Positions 17,056 to 26,923 of a DNA stretch of 32,173 bases are shown in pieces. The translations under genes and the position numbers were made by a program. The stretch's first letter is position 1; the number at the start of each line of letters is the position of its first letter. This stretch comes from Campylobacterota bacterium. Its GTDB lineage: Bacteria > Campylobacterota > Campylobacteria > Campylobacterales > Sulfurovaceae. Where the stretch lies: positions 1 through 32,173 of the forward strand of contig JAYEOM010000113.1 of the NCBI GenBank assembly GCA_034722955.1, written 5' to 3'. Below the pieces are notes generated by a model that had not been told where the DNA came from, made no database searches, and saw only the letters and a program-made list of their open reading frames with translations.

Positions 17056-17796
17056 ATGGCAAAGGTAAAAACAGATAGAAGAGAGTTTGTCAAATACTCA
17101 ACACTAGGAATATTTGGTGCTGTTTTAGGCGGAAGTATTTTATTGAGTCCTAAAGCGATCAAGGCTGAACAGAGACTGAGACCACCGGGTGCTGTAGAGG
17201 AAGATAGATTTTTGGCACTCTGTATCAAGTGTGGACAGTGTCTTCAAGTCTGCCCCTATCACTCTATCAAATTGGCAGATATAGCTACAGGACATGGTGT
17301 CGGTTCACCATATATAGATGCAGCTGAGCGAGGGTGTTATGCCTGCTCTGCTGTACCTTGTGTATTGGCTTGTCCCTCTGGTGCACTGGATCATCATTGT
17401 GAAAAACCTGAAGATATAGATATGGGTATTGCAGTGCTGGAGTTCCCTGATAGGTGTTTGGCTATGACCAACACACCTGTTCCTAAAGGTTACAATAGGT
17501 TTATGCAAGCTTTTACAGATGCACAGAGAAATGTGACTGATCTGGAGAGAGAACTACTAGAGAAGCTTGATGGATATGAGGGAAAACAGTGTACACTATG
17601 TGCAGATGTATGCCCTATCCCCAATCCTCTAAGTGCTATCGCTATGGTACCGGATAAAAAAGGCGGGAATAGACCAGAGATCTATGATGGGTGTATAGGG
17701 TGTGGTGCTTGTGAAGAGGTTTGCCCTACCAAGACAGCATCAATAGTTGTAAAATCCAGAGTAACTTATGATGAGCAATATAATGATAAAAATTAG
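17056..17796 (+). CDS. nosG: NapG-like periplasmic 4Fe-4S protein NosG
   Basis: Tat motif DRREFVK, LRPPGA, and four Cys clusters (CIKCGQCLQVCP ... CIGCGACEEVCP). Confidence 0.9.
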   Translation: MAKVKTDRREFVKYSTLGIFGAVLGGSILLSPKAIKAEQRLRPPGAVEEDRFLALCIKCGQCLQVCPYHSIKLADIATGHGVGSPYIDAAERGCYACSAVPCVLACPSGALDHHCEKPEDIDMGIAVLEFPDRCLAMTNTPVPKGYNRFMQAFTDAQRNVTDLERELLEKLDGYEGKQCTLCADVCPIPNPLSAIAMVPDKKGGNRPEIYDGCIGCGACEEVCPTKTASIVVKSRVTYDEQYNDKN

Positions 17797-17805
17797 GAGT
17801 GTAAA

Positions 17806-18435
17806 ATGAGATTGGATATTTTAGATAGCAGAGTTTTGATTTCTAGCCTTCTCTTGTTGGCTTTTTTGACCGGTTGTGGTGAGGATAAGGCTAAAGAGCA
17901 AGCAGGCAAGATAGAGAAGATCTCTGCTCAGACAGTAGAAGCTGCACCTAAGATCGAAGTTGTTGTCAATAAAAATGCAAAAGAGATAAAAGTCAAAGAG
18001 AAGACAACAGATAAAGAGCAGAGTAAATCTTACTACTATGATTATAATATTAAGAGCGAATATGATGAGAATGCTAAGCCTGCCAATGAAGATGCTGGAA
18101 TACGAGCGAAGCCAAGAACAACGATAGATGCCAATATGAATATACGAAGCCCTTATGAGAAGGTTCAAATATCACTTTTGGTTAGAAAACTAAGCAAAGA
18201 GTTCATTGTGAAGTGTTCAGCGTGTCATAATGACTATGCCAACGGAATCATCGGTCCATCACTCCTAGGGAAGAGTTCTGATGAGATATTTGACTCTATC
18301 GCAGCATTTAAGAGCGGTGAAGATAAAAATGTATTGATGACCGATCTTATCAATATGATGAGTAGTGACGAGATCAGAGCATTGGCAGATGAGATTTATG
18401 AATTTAATCAAAAAATAAAAGAGGCTAGGAGATAA
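17806..18435 (+). CDS. nosC1: Monohaem cytochrome c lipoprotein NosC1
   Basis: Lipobox LTG-C, haem motif CSACH, and position between nosG and nosH as in Campylobacterota clusters. Confidence 0.85.
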   Translation: MRLDILDSRVLISSLLLLAFLTGCGEDKAKEQAGKIEKISAQTVEAAPKIEVVVNKNAKEIKVKEKTTDKEQSKSYYYDYNIKSEYDENAKPANEDAGIRAKPRTTIDANMNIRSPYEKVQISLLVRKLSKEFIVKCSACHNDYANGIIGPSLLGKSSDEIFDSIAAFKSGEDKNVLMTDLINMMSSDEIRALADEIYEFNQKIKEARR

Positions 18436-18436
18436 A

Positions 18437-18940
18437 ATGAAAAATATTATAGTCGGGTTGTTCACACTAGGTATAATCGGCTTAATGGGTTTTGCCTTTA
18501 TGGGTGGCAGTGCATATCATGGTGGTGAACATGGTAAAGTCATAGAGGACTTTGGTGACACTATGTCAGCCAATAAAGCTGAAGCTATCGAAGAGAAAGA
18601 TGATAGGCAGAAAGAGAATGACAAACTAAATGCACTCAGAGACAAGGCAGGAAATGCAGGAGCATTTAAAGTCAGTAATGAGTATAAGAGCAAGTGTGCT
18701 TCATGTCATGGTGTGAATGGTTCAGGTTTTCAAAATGGTAAACCAATGATGGGTCCTAAAATCTTTGGACAGAGTGCAGATAAAATTTATAGTGACTTAG
18801 TCGAGTTCAAGTCAGGCAGAAAAGAGAATGTCGTTATGAAAGGTCTTTTGATACCACTGAATGATGATGATTTGAAAAGATTTGCCGATGAGATAGGTGA
18901 ATTTCCAGCTAGAGCCGAAACAGAAGCTGCTAAACAATAG
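18437..18940 (+). CDS. nosC2: Monohaem cytochrome c NosC2
   Basis: N-terminal hydrophobic anchor, haem motif CASCH, and a probable distal Met (NVVMK). Confidence 0.85.
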   Translation: MKNIIVGLFTLGIIGLMGFAFMGGSAYHGGEHGKVIEDFGDTMSANKAEAIEEKDDRQKENDKLNALRDKAGNAGAFKVSNEYKSKCASCHGVNGSGFQNGKPMMGPKIFGQSADKIYSDLVEFKSGRKENVVMKGLLIPLNDDDLKRFADEIGEFPARAETEAAKQ

Positions 18941-18973
18941 TGCGATAAAGTACTGCCAAATAGGAAGTAAAAG

Positions 18974-19879
18974 ATGGATAAGTATAACAGTAGAGAGACC
19001 ATAGGAAAAACCACTTTTTGGTCTACTTTTTTTGATGTTACAAGAGAGGGTAAAAAAAAGTTTAGCTATCGAATGAAAAGATGGATATTGGTGATTGCAA
19101 TCCATCTACTCTTCTTTTTGTCGTTTGCCATAGATATACAGATACTTGAGGGAACACTCAATGGTTCGAGATTTTTAGGGTTTCATTTGATTGACCCCTT
19201 TACAACGATGGAGCTCTACCTCTCTACTTTTGAGTTGCCTATCAATATCATCATAGGCAGTGTGACAATCGTACTCTTCTATATGTTGGTTGGGGGTAGA
19301 AGCTACTGTGCATGGGTCTGTCCATACGGTTTACTCAGCGAGATAGGCGAAAAGTGGCATGATACTCTTGTAGGCAAAAAGATCATCAAAAGCAGAGTAT
19401 TTGATCACAGGATTAGATATATTTTTTGGACTATATTTCTCATCCTCTCATTTACAAGCGGATATTTGATTTTTGAGACTTTGAATGTAGTAGGTATCCT
19501 TAGCAGGATGATCGCTTACGGTTGGAGTTTAGCTGTTATTTGGGTAGTAGTTGTTTTTTTCCTTGAGGTCTTTTTTTCCAGAAGGGCTTGGTGTACCTAT
19601 CTCTGTCCGATAGGTACTACATATGGTATGATAGGAAAAGTTTCAGCTCTCAGGGTAGAGTGGAGTGATAACTGTGATCACTGTATGGTTTGCCATGATG
19701 TCTGTTTTGAAAATCAAGTTCTTGAGATAGTCAAGGCAAAATATGATAAACAGAGAGAAGAGAAGGGTATCACAGCAGAGTATATAACTGGTGCAGACTG
19801 TACGCTTTGTGGACGATGTATCGATGTTTGTCATACAGATGCACTCAAGTTTGACTTTAGACTCAAAGGGCTGGTGTGA
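18974..19879 (+). CDS. nosH: NapH-like membrane ferredoxin NosH
   Basis: GRSYCAWVCP and RAWCTYLCP motifs, two C-terminal 4Fe-4S motifs, and TM helices. Confidence 0.92.
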   Translation: MDKYNSRETIGKTTFWSTFFDVTREGKKKFSYRMKRWILVIAIHLLFFLSFAIDIQILEGTLNGSRFLGFHLIDPFTTMELYLSTFELPINIIIGSVTIVLFYMLVGGRSYCAWVCPYGLLSEIGEKWHDTLVGKKIIKSRVFDHRIRYIFWTIFLILSFTSGYLIFETLNVVGILSRMIAYGWSLAVIWVVVVFFLEVFFSRRAWCTYLCPIGTTYGMIGKVSALRVEWSDNCDHCMVCHDVCFENQVLEIVKAKYDKQREEKGITAEYITGADCTLCGRCIDVCHTDALKFDFRLKGLV

Positions 19880-20514
19880 TTAAAGTAAATAATTTAAGCA
19901 AAAAATTTGGTTCGCATATCTCTCTGGATAGTATAAATATTGAGTTTGAACTTGACGATGCAGTAGCTCTTATGGGAGCCAATGGTGCTGGCAAAACCAC
20001 TCTGATTCGTTCTATACTGGGCTATTACCACCCCAATAGCGGTGAAGTTTTGGTCAATGGGTTGGATCCTATCAAGAGGCGTACAGAGGTTTTGAAACAC
20101 ATTAGTTTTGTGCCGCAGCTCCCTCCTCCTATCAAACTCAGCGTGAGTGAACTGATCTCCTATGTCTGTAGAAGTTCGGGTGTGGATTCAGATCGAATAT
20201 CTCACTATGCCAATGAGATGAAATTTGATATCAAATCAAATATGCATAAGTCATTTTTCAAACTCTCTGGCGGTATGAAACAGAAGCTGCTCATCGCTAT
20301 CTCTTTTGCCAAAGAGAGTGAGATAGTTATCTACGATGAGCCTACTGCCAATCTAGACCCTAAAGCTAGAGAGGACTTTTATACATTGATACAAGAGGGC
20401 AAAAAGAACAAGCTAGCACTCTTTGTGACACACCGTATAGAGGAGGTTCAAGATATTGTCAACCGTCAAGTCTATATGGATTTGGGAAAAGTAGTCTCCG
20501 ATGAAAAGGTTTAA
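19876..20514 (+). CDS. nosF: ABC ATPase NosF
   Basis: Walker A GANGAGKT, signature LSGGMKQ, Walker B IYDEPT, in nos context. Confidence 0.9.
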   Translation: MIKVNNLSKKFGSHISLDSINIEFELDDAVALMGANGAGKTTLIRSILGYYHPNSGEVLVNGLDPIKRRTEVLKHISFVPQLPPPIKLSVSELISYVCRSSGVDSDRISHYANEMKFDIKSNMHKSFFKLSGGMKQKLLIAISFAKESEIVIYDEPTANLDPKAREDFYTLIQEGKKNKLALFVTHRIEEVQDIVNRQVYMDLGKVVSDEKV

Positions 20515-20968
20515 ATCACTTTTTTTAGCTACAGTGCTACTATTGGTTTTTAGTGGCTGTGAACAGAGGAGTCCTACAGAGATGCGCAGAGTGCATTGGG
20601 ATAGAGATATGTGTGAACGATGCAAGATGGTTGTAAGTGATAGACACCACGCTGTGCAAGTCATCAATATTGCTACTGGCAGATCATATATGTATGATGA
20701 TATCGGTTGTGTTCTATTATGGTTCGATGATGAGAAGATCGATTGGGCTGGGGATGCAAAGATCTGGATCACAGATGTAGCTACAGGAGAGTGGATAGAT
20801 GCACGAACTGCACTCTATGATACGCACAATATCACTCCTATGGCTTATGGCTTTGCAGCACACGAGAACAATAGTACGATCAAAGCTGGTGAAGAGATCA
20901 TAGATTTTACAGAAGTTACCAAGCGTATCTTTGAAATTGAAGCAAATAAAAACAGGAAAGCATATTGA
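20501..20968 (+). CDS. nosL: NosL-family copper chaperone lipoprotein
   Basis: Lipobox FSG-C, CERCKM, YDDIGC and TPMAYG. Confidence 0.85.
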   Translation: MKRFKSLFLATVLLLVFSGCEQRSPTEMRRVHWDRDMCERCKMVVSDRHHAVQVINIATGRSYMYDDIGCVLLWFDDEKIDWAGDAKIWITDVATGEWIDARTALYDTHNITPMAYGFAAHENNSTIKAGEEIIDFTEVTKRIFEIEANKNRKAY

Positions 20969-21792
20969 ACAATTTACTCCTTATCGCATATCTTGACCTA
21001 AAAGAGTCTATAAGAGCCAACTGGTTTATAGTCTACTCTCTGGTCTTTGGCGGACTAATCGCACTCTTTTTTGTCGCAGGGATTACTGAGTCCCAAGTGA
21101 TGGGTTTCTCGGGACTTAGCAGACTCCTTCTGATGTATATTCAGGTGACTATTGTTATACTGCCTATCTTTATACTTATAACTACAGTTCGCTCTATATC
21201 TGGTGATAGAGATAGCCATATCCTAGAGTATATGTTATCTTTCCCTATCTCACTCAAGCAGTATTATTGGGGCAAAGTCTTTGGTCGCTTCATTACAGTA
21301 TTTCTGCCTGTATTTATGGCGATGGTATTTGCTATTATTTATGGTATGTTCAGAGGTGCAGATGTACCATGGGGCATCTTTTTTCTCTACACAGGTCTAC
21401 TCTTTGCTATGAGTTCTGCATTTTTGGGAATCGCTTTTTTCATCTCCTCTATCGTGAAATCTTCAGAGATGGCACTAGGAGTCTCATTTTTTATATGGAT
21501 ATTTTTATTGGCATTTATCGATATTGCACTGATCTCATTGATGATGCAGCAGAGGTTTAATCCAGAGTTGATCATAGGTATCGCTATGATCAACCCTATG
21601 GAGATATTTAGGGTGGCTGCTATTTCACTATTTGATCCTGAGCTTACAGTCATGGGTCCTGTAGCATTTTATATACTTGATATGATGAGCCAAAAAGTTT
21701 TTGTGATTATCTCCATTATCTACCCGGTTTTATTGGGGGTACTATTTGCCTTTTTAGGCTTTAAAATATTTGAAAAAAAGGATTTGGTATGA
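20965..21792 (+). CDS. nosY: ABC permease NosY
   Basis: Multiple TM helices, GDRDSHILEYMLSFP and NPMEIFR. TTG start overlaps the nosL stop. Confidence 0.9.
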   Translation: MNNLLLIAYLDLKESIRANWFIVYSLVFGGLIALFFVAGITESQVMGFSGLSRLLLMYIQVTIVILPIFILITTVRSISGDRDSHILEYMLSFPISLKQYYWGKVFGRFITVFLPVFMAMVFAIIYGMFRGADVPWGIFFLYTGLLFAMSSAFLGIAFFISSIVKSSEMALGVSFFIWIFLLAFIDIALISLMMQQRFNPELIIGIAMINPMEIFRVAAISLFDPELTVMGPVAFYILDMMSQKVFVIISIIYPVLLGVLFAFLGFKIFEKKDLV

Positions 21793-22298
21793 TAAAACTC
21801 TTCAGTGTATTGATACTTGCAGGAACAATATTATCGGCAGAGACATTTGCCCAAAAGAGGTTCGCAGTAGAAGAGTCATATAGTATGGACTTTGATAAAA
21901 ACACAACATGCGTAGTGAGACACCTCAAAGTCTATAAATCACCAACATGGGTAGCGAAGATCAAAGTAAGAGATGGAAAAAGTGTATATTTTTCCAGCCC
22001 GAAATCGATGTTTGAATTTTACCATAGACCCGGTAAATGGTTTGATGTAGGAGTCAAGAGCGAGAGAGACTTTAGCCAGATAGTTGTCACAGACTACAAT
22101 ACAATGAAACCTATCAATGCAGAGAGTGCTTTTTTTGTCTATGGGAGCAGAGCAACTTCACCAAGCGGAGATGATCTAGTGCCTTTCTCTACGAAAGAGG
22201 CGGCTGATAAGTTTTCTGCAGAGTATAGCGGGAAAAGAGTTTTCAAGTTTGATGAAGTACCTGATGCACTTATAAAACTCCTGAATGGAAGGATATAG
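21789..22298 (+). CDS. nosL: Second, divergent NosL-family protein (no lipobox, altered metal motif)
   Basis: NosL-like core (VYFSSPKSMF, VTDYNT..INAESAFFVYGS...SPSGDDLVPF) but CVVRHL in place of CxxCxM. Confidence 0.7.
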   Translation: MIKLFSVLILAGTILSAETFAQKRFAVEESYSMDFDKNTTCVVRHLKVYKSPTWVAKIKVRDGKSVYFSSPKSMFEFYHRPGKWFDVGVKSERDFSQIVVTDYNTMKPINAESAFFVYGSRATSPSGDDLVPFSTKEAADKFSAEYSGKRVFKFDEVPDALIKLLNGRI

Positions 22299-22300
22299 TC

Positions 22301-22825
22301 ATGCAGAAACCGACACCTATTGATGAAGAGATTATATTGAACCCAAAGCGATATATCGTGAGTGAGACAGATGAGAGAGGGAAAATCACATTCTGTAATG
22401 ACTACTTTATGGAGGTCTCCGGCTACAATGAAGATGAGCTTATAGGTAAAGCACACAGTATTGTTCGTCATCCTGATATGCCAAAAGTTCTCTTCAAGCT
22501 CCTGTGGGAGACGATATCCCAAGGTAAAAACATAAATGCAGTAGTTAAAAATCTTGCAAAAGATGGTCGATACTACTGGATATTTACAGAGTTTGAGTCT
22601 AGAAGAGATACAGATACAGGTGAAATCATCGGTTATCATGCAGCACGAAAAACTATCTCAAAACATGTGATCGAAGTGATTGCCGATCTCTATGCTGAAC
22701 TTCTGAAGATAGAGAAGAGTGAAGGTATTGATGCTTCAGAGGCGTACCTAGTCTCATTTTTGAAAGAGAGAGGTGATGATATAGAGTTTTCCAATATCAT
22801 GGAGGAGATTCACCGCTTTTACTAA
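22301..22825 (+). CDS. Stand-alone Aer/CetB-type PAS sensor protein (last gene of nos operon)
   Basis: ETDERGKITFCNDYF..SGY..ELIGKAHSIVRHPDMP..F..LW..VKNLAKDGRYYW. It starts 2 nt after the preceding stop. Confidence 0.85.
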   Translation: MQKPTPIDEEIILNPKRYIVSETDERGKITFCNDYFMEVSGYNEDELIGKAHSIVRHPDMPKVLFKLLWETISQGKNINAVVKNLAKDGRYYWIFTEFESRRDTDTGEIIGYHAARKTISKHVIEVIADLYAELLKIEKSEGIDASEAYLVSFLKERGDDIEFSNIMEEIHRFY

Positions 22826-22843
22826 GTGACTCTTATTTTTTTT

Positions 22844-22852
22844 TGCTATAAT
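22844..22852 (+). promoter_or_regulatory. Extended -10 promoter element for the ilv operon
   Basis: T-tract followed by TGCTATAAT, upstream of RBS GGAG. Confidence 0.6.
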
Positions 22853-22885
22853 CAAAATAAATTTACTAAAATTGGAGTGTAGACC

Positions 22886-24577
22886 ATGCAGATAAGTGGT
22901 GCACAAATGGTTTGTGAAGCGATAGTCGCTGAGGGTGTCAAGACAGTTTTTGGTTATCCCGGTGGTGCTATCATGAATGTTTATGATGCAATATTCAAGC
23001 AAGATGGTTTCGAACATATCCTCAATAGACATGAACAGGCATCTGTTCATGCAGCAGATGGTTATGCTAGATCTACAGGCAAAGTAGGTGTTGCCATGGT
23101 TACAAGCGGACCTGGCTTTACCAATGCAGTGACAGGTTTGGCGACAGCCTATATGGATTCGATACCTATGGTTGTGGTATCGGGACAAGTTCCGTTATCA
23201 TTGATAGGTACAGATGGATTTCAAGAGATTGATGCCGTAGGCATCTCTCGTCCTTGTACCAAGCACAACTACTTAGTCAAGAACATTGAGGAGTTGCCTC
23301 GTATACTTAAAGAGGCATTCTATATTGCCCAAAGTGGCAGACCAGGACCGGTACTAGTCGATATACCCAAAGATATAACAGCCGAGATTGGTGAATTTGT
23401 CTACCCAGCAGAGGTAAATATACCTACATATAAACCTACATACAGAGGTAATGACCGTCAGATAAAAAAAGCAGCAGAGGTGATCAAGAGAGCTAAAAAA
23501 CCACTCTTCTATATTGGTGGTGGTGCTGTATTGAGTGATGCTGCACCATTGATTCGCCAATTAACACTGATGACACAGATCCCTGCTGTTGAGACACTGA
23601 TGGCCAGGGGTGTTATGGGAGCAGACAATCCACTGCTCCTTGGTATGTTGGGCATGCATGGTAATTATGCCTCCAATATGGCAATGTCCGAGACTGATCT
23701 CGTCATCTCGCTAGGAGCAAGATTTGATGATCGTGTGACAGGAAAACTTAGTGAATTTGCTAAATATGCAGATATTATTCATGTCGATATCGATCCTGCC
23801 AATATAGGCAAGCTAGTTGATGTGGATTATCCTATAGTAGGTGATATCACTAAAGTAGTCGAAAAATTGATGATAGCACTAGAGGATGTCAATCCTGATA
23901 ACTATCGTGCTTGGAGAGAGATCCTCAATCGTTATGATGAGCTGCATCCTCAAAGTTATCAGGATAGCGATGAGGTGCTAAAGCCTCAATGGGTCATAGA
24001 GCGAATAGGTGAGCTTGTGGGTGAGGATGCTATCATCACATCAGATGTAGGACAGCACCAGATGTGGGCTGCACAGCACTACCCATTTGATAGACCTCGC
24101 CAATGGATAAACTCTGGTGGTTTGGGCACTATGGGATTTGGTTTTCCTGCTGCACTAGGTGCCAAGAGAGGAAATCCAGACAAAACAGTGGTCAACATCA
24201 CAGGTGATGGCTCTATATTGATGAATCTGCAAGAGCTTGTTACAGCATCAGAGTACAATATCCCTGTCATAAATATCATCCTGAATAATCACTTCTTGGG
24301 TATGGTTCGTCAATGGCAAACATTTTTCTATGATAAGCGTTACTCATCTACAGATTTGAGTTATCAACCTAACTTTAAAGCCCTGGCAGAAGCGTGTGGC
24401 GGCATAGGCTATGATATCACAACCAAAGATGAGTTTGACGCAGCACTCAAAGATGCTATTGCCCAAGACAAAGTCTGCTTTATGAATGTTGCGATCAATC
24501 GCTTTGAGAATGTACTCCCTATGGTTCCTGCAGGTGGTGCACTCTACAATATGTTACTAGAACACAAGGATCAATAA
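22886..24577 (+). CDS. ilvI: Acetolactate synthase large subunit
   Basis: FGYPGGA, RHEQ, SGRPGPV, DVGQHQMW and the ThDP motif GDGS...NN. Confidence 0.93.
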   Translation: MQISGAQMVCEAIVAEGVKTVFGYPGGAIMNVYDAIFKQDGFEHILNRHEQASVHAADGYARSTGKVGVAMVTSGPGFTNAVTGLATAYMDSIPMVVVSGQVPLSLIGTDGFQEIDAVGISRPCTKHNYLVKNIEELPRILKEAFYIAQSGRPGPVLVDIPKDITAEIGEFVYPAEVNIPTYKPTYRGNDRQIKKAAEVIKRAKKPLFYIGGGAVLSDAAPLIRQLTLMTQIPAVETLMARGVMGADNPLLLGMLGMHGNYASNMAMSETDLVISLGARFDDRVTGKLSEFAKYADIIHVDIDPANIGKLVDVDYPIVGDITKVVEKLMIALEDVNPDNYRAWREILNRYDELHPQSYQDSDEVLKPQWVIERIGELVGEDAIITSDVGQHQMWAAQHYPFDRPRQWINSGGLGTMGFGFPAALGAKRGNPDKTVVNITGDGSILMNLQELVTASEYNIPVINIILNNHFLGMVRQWQTFFYDKRYSSTDLSYQPNFKALAEACGGIGYDITTKDEFDAALKDAIAQDKVCFMNVAINRFENVLPMVPAGGALYNMLLEHKDQ

Positions 24578-25047
24578 TGCAAAAAGTAAGAAGAGTCATC
24601 TCTGTTATAGTGATGAATGAAAGCTCCGTTCTTGCTCGTGTTACGGCACTTTTTGCAGGACGAGGATACAATATAGAATCACTCACTGTGGCACCAATCC
24701 CAGGAAGTGAACTTTCACACATTACTATCGTTACCAAAGGTAGTCAAAAGGTGATCGAACAGATCACTAAACAGCTCAATAAGCTCGTACCTACTCTCAA
24801 GGTAATCGAACATGAAGAGATGGTTGAAAAAGAGATGGTCTTGGTCAAATTCCCTATAGAGTCAAACTTGAGTGATATCCAAGCTCTCTGTGGAGCCTAT
24901 AATGGCGGAATAGTCAATGTAGGTGTTGATATGGTTATCACTATGGTAGCAGATGAGCCAGTACGCATCAAGCACTTTATCGAAGCGGCACAGCGTTTTA
25001 ACCCTTCTGAAGTTGTTCGTGGTGGTGTAGTTGCGATAGAGCGATAG
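24577..25047 (+). CDS. ilvH: Acetolactate synthase small regulatory subunit
   Basis: ACT domain (VLARVTALFAGRGYNIESLTV, EQITKQLNKL), coupled to the large subunit. Confidence 0.93.
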   Translation: MQKVRRVISVIVMNESSVLARVTALFAGRGYNIESLTVAPIPGSELSHITIVTKGSQKVIEQITKQLNKLVPTLKVIEHEEMVEKEMVLVKFPIESNLSDIQALCGAYNGGIVNVGVDMVITMVADEPVRIKHFIEAAQRFNPSEVVRGGVVAIER

Positions 25048-25108
25048 ATTGTGATCCAAGCTTCTGCTTGGTCTGTCCATATATAATAATATTCCAAGGA
25101 GTACTTCT

Positions 25109-26065
25109 ATGTCCTATACTCTCCAGCAAATCACACAAACAGTTGATATAGACTATCAAGGTAAAGATAGAGAGATATCCGGTATTCATACACTCTCCCA
25201 AGCAGATGAGACTCAACTCAGTTTTTTTAACTCTGCCAAATATGCAGACCAGCTCCCTCATACCAGAGCAGCAGCAGTTCTTATAGAAGCCAAATATGCA
25301 GAGTACCTTCCCGATACGACTATCGCACTCATAACAGATGAGCCTTATCTCAAGCTTGCTCTTGCCTCAAAACTATTCGCTCACAAGATAGTGACCAAAG
25401 GGGGTCATCCTGCTATGGGTGAGGGGTGTGATATAGATAAACGAGTCCGTTTTGGCAAAAATGTCACACTAGGAGCAAATGTTACTATATTGGCAGGTTG
25501 TTATCTTGGTGACAATGTTGTGGTCGGTTCCAATACCATACTGCACGCAAATGTAACACTCTATCACCATAGTAACATAGGCGAGAACTGCATCATACAT
25601 AGTGGCACCGTGATAGGTAGTGACGGGTATGGATTTGCCCATACCAAAATGGGTGAACATATCAAGATTTATCAAAATGGTGATGTAGTGATAGAGGATG
25701 ATGTAGAGATAGGTGCCAACTGCACTGTCGATCGGGCAGTGTTTGGTTCAACATATATCCGAAAGGGAACTAAACTTGACAATCTCATCCAGATCGCACA
25801 CAATTGTGATGTCGGAGAGAATACTCTCTGTGCTGCTCAGTCAGGGTTGGCAGGCTCTGCTACGCTAGGTAGAAATGTTACTATAGGAGGGCAGACAGCT
25901 ATCTCAGGACACTTGCATGTCGGTGACTTTGCTACTATAGGTGGCAAATCAGGTGTAACCAAATCACTAAAAGGCAGAGCGACTTATGTTGGTGTGCCTG
26001 CTATTGATCGTAGATTGTGGTTGCGTATACAGGCAAAAATTTCAACACTTGGAAAAAGAAAATAA
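25109..26065 (+). CDS. lpxD: UDP-3-O-(3-hydroxymyristoyl)glucosamine N-acyltransferase
   Basis: Hexapeptide repeats, [19 protein letters not shown] and [11 protein letters not shown]. Confidence 0.95.
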   Translation: MSYTLQQITQTVDIDYQGKDREISGIHTLSQADETQLSFFNSAKYADQLPHTRAAAVLIEAKYAEYLPDTTIALITDEPYLKLALASKLFAHKIVTKGGHPAMGEGCDIDKRVRFGKNVTLGANVTILAGCYLGDNVVVGSNTILHANVTLYHHSNIGENCIIHSGTVIGSDGYGFAHTKMGEHIKIYQNGDVVIEDDVEIGANCTVDRAVFGSTYIRKGTKLDNLIQIAHNCDVGENTLCAAQSGLAGSATLGRNVTIGGQTAISGHLHVGDFATIGGKSGVTKSLKGRATYVGVPAIDRRLWLRIQAKISTLGKRK

Positions 26066-26121
26066 TAGATTTTTATCAAAATATGATATAATTTTTACAA
26101 ATAAATCAAAAAGGATAAGTT

Positions 26122-26352
26122 ATGAGTGAAAAGAGAATAGATATAGAAGAGATAAAACTAAGCAATACCAAAGATGGAAAGATCTCTGTAGCAGTGGTAG
26201 AGAAACCCTATGGACCCAAAAGTGAAAGTGTTGTAAGTATCGGTATCTCTCTGCAGGCAGCATCTCAAGAGCCTGACTGGAAGGTACATCTGCCTAAGTC
26301 AAATATTGATGCAGTGATCGATGCACTACAGAGAGCCAAAGAGAGTCTATAG
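26122..26352 (+). CDS. Small hypothetical protein (76 aa)
   Basis: Has its own extended -10 TGATATAAT (26084-26092) and RBS AAGGA. Composition is plausible for a protein. Confidence 0.75.
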   Translation: MSEKRIDIEEIKLSNTKDGKISVAVVEKPYGPKSESVVSIGISLQAASQEPDWKVHLPKSNIDAVIDALQRAKESL

Positions 26353-26379
26353 GGGACTCCAAGAGAGGTGCTGTTGAAT

Positions 26380-26829
26380 CTATTCAGCAGCAATCATCTT
26401 CTTGTACTCTCTGAGCATTCGAGCCATTGTGTCCTCTTCTGGTATTTTACGCCCAGCAATATATCCGATGATATCCCCATTATCATCAAGTTTTGGTTTT
26501 ATCCAAACTATAACAAGATAGTACTTTCCATCTTTTGCCATATTTTTGATATAGCCTTCCCAATATTTTCCATCTTTGACAATACTCCACATATCTTCAA
26601 AAATAGATTTAGGCATATCTGGATGACGGTTTATACTGTGTGGAGAACCGATCAGCTCTTCTCTGGTGAAGCCTGTCATTTCACGAAATTTACGATTTGC
26701 ATAGATGATGATACCAGCTGTATCTGTCTCGGTGATCATCACACCTCCATCAAAAGGTATCTCTTCATCTATAGGGTCTGACTTTTCTATCTCTTTACTA
26801 GTGATAATATTTTTTATTATTTTGCTCAA
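26380..26829 (-). CDS. Stand-alone Aer/CetB-type PAS protein
   Basis: ETDTAGIIIYANRKF..GF..ELIGSPHSINRHPDMP..W..IKNMAKDG. TTG start after RBS GAGGA. Confidence 0.85.
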   Translation of the reverse strand: MSKIIKNIITSKEIEKSDPIDEEIPFDGGVMITETDTAGIIIYANRKFREMTGFTREELIGSPHSINRHPDMPKSIFEDMWSIVKDGKYWEGYIKNMAKDGKYYLVIVWIKPKLDDNGDIIGYIAGRKIPEEDTMARMLREYKKMIAAE

Positions 26830-26923
26830 CTATCCTCTCCTCTCTATGGTTTTTTATATCAGAGAGTAAGGAACCTCCCAAAAACAATTCTACCCATCAG
26901 ACTTGTTCTTGTGAAGTTCCTAG

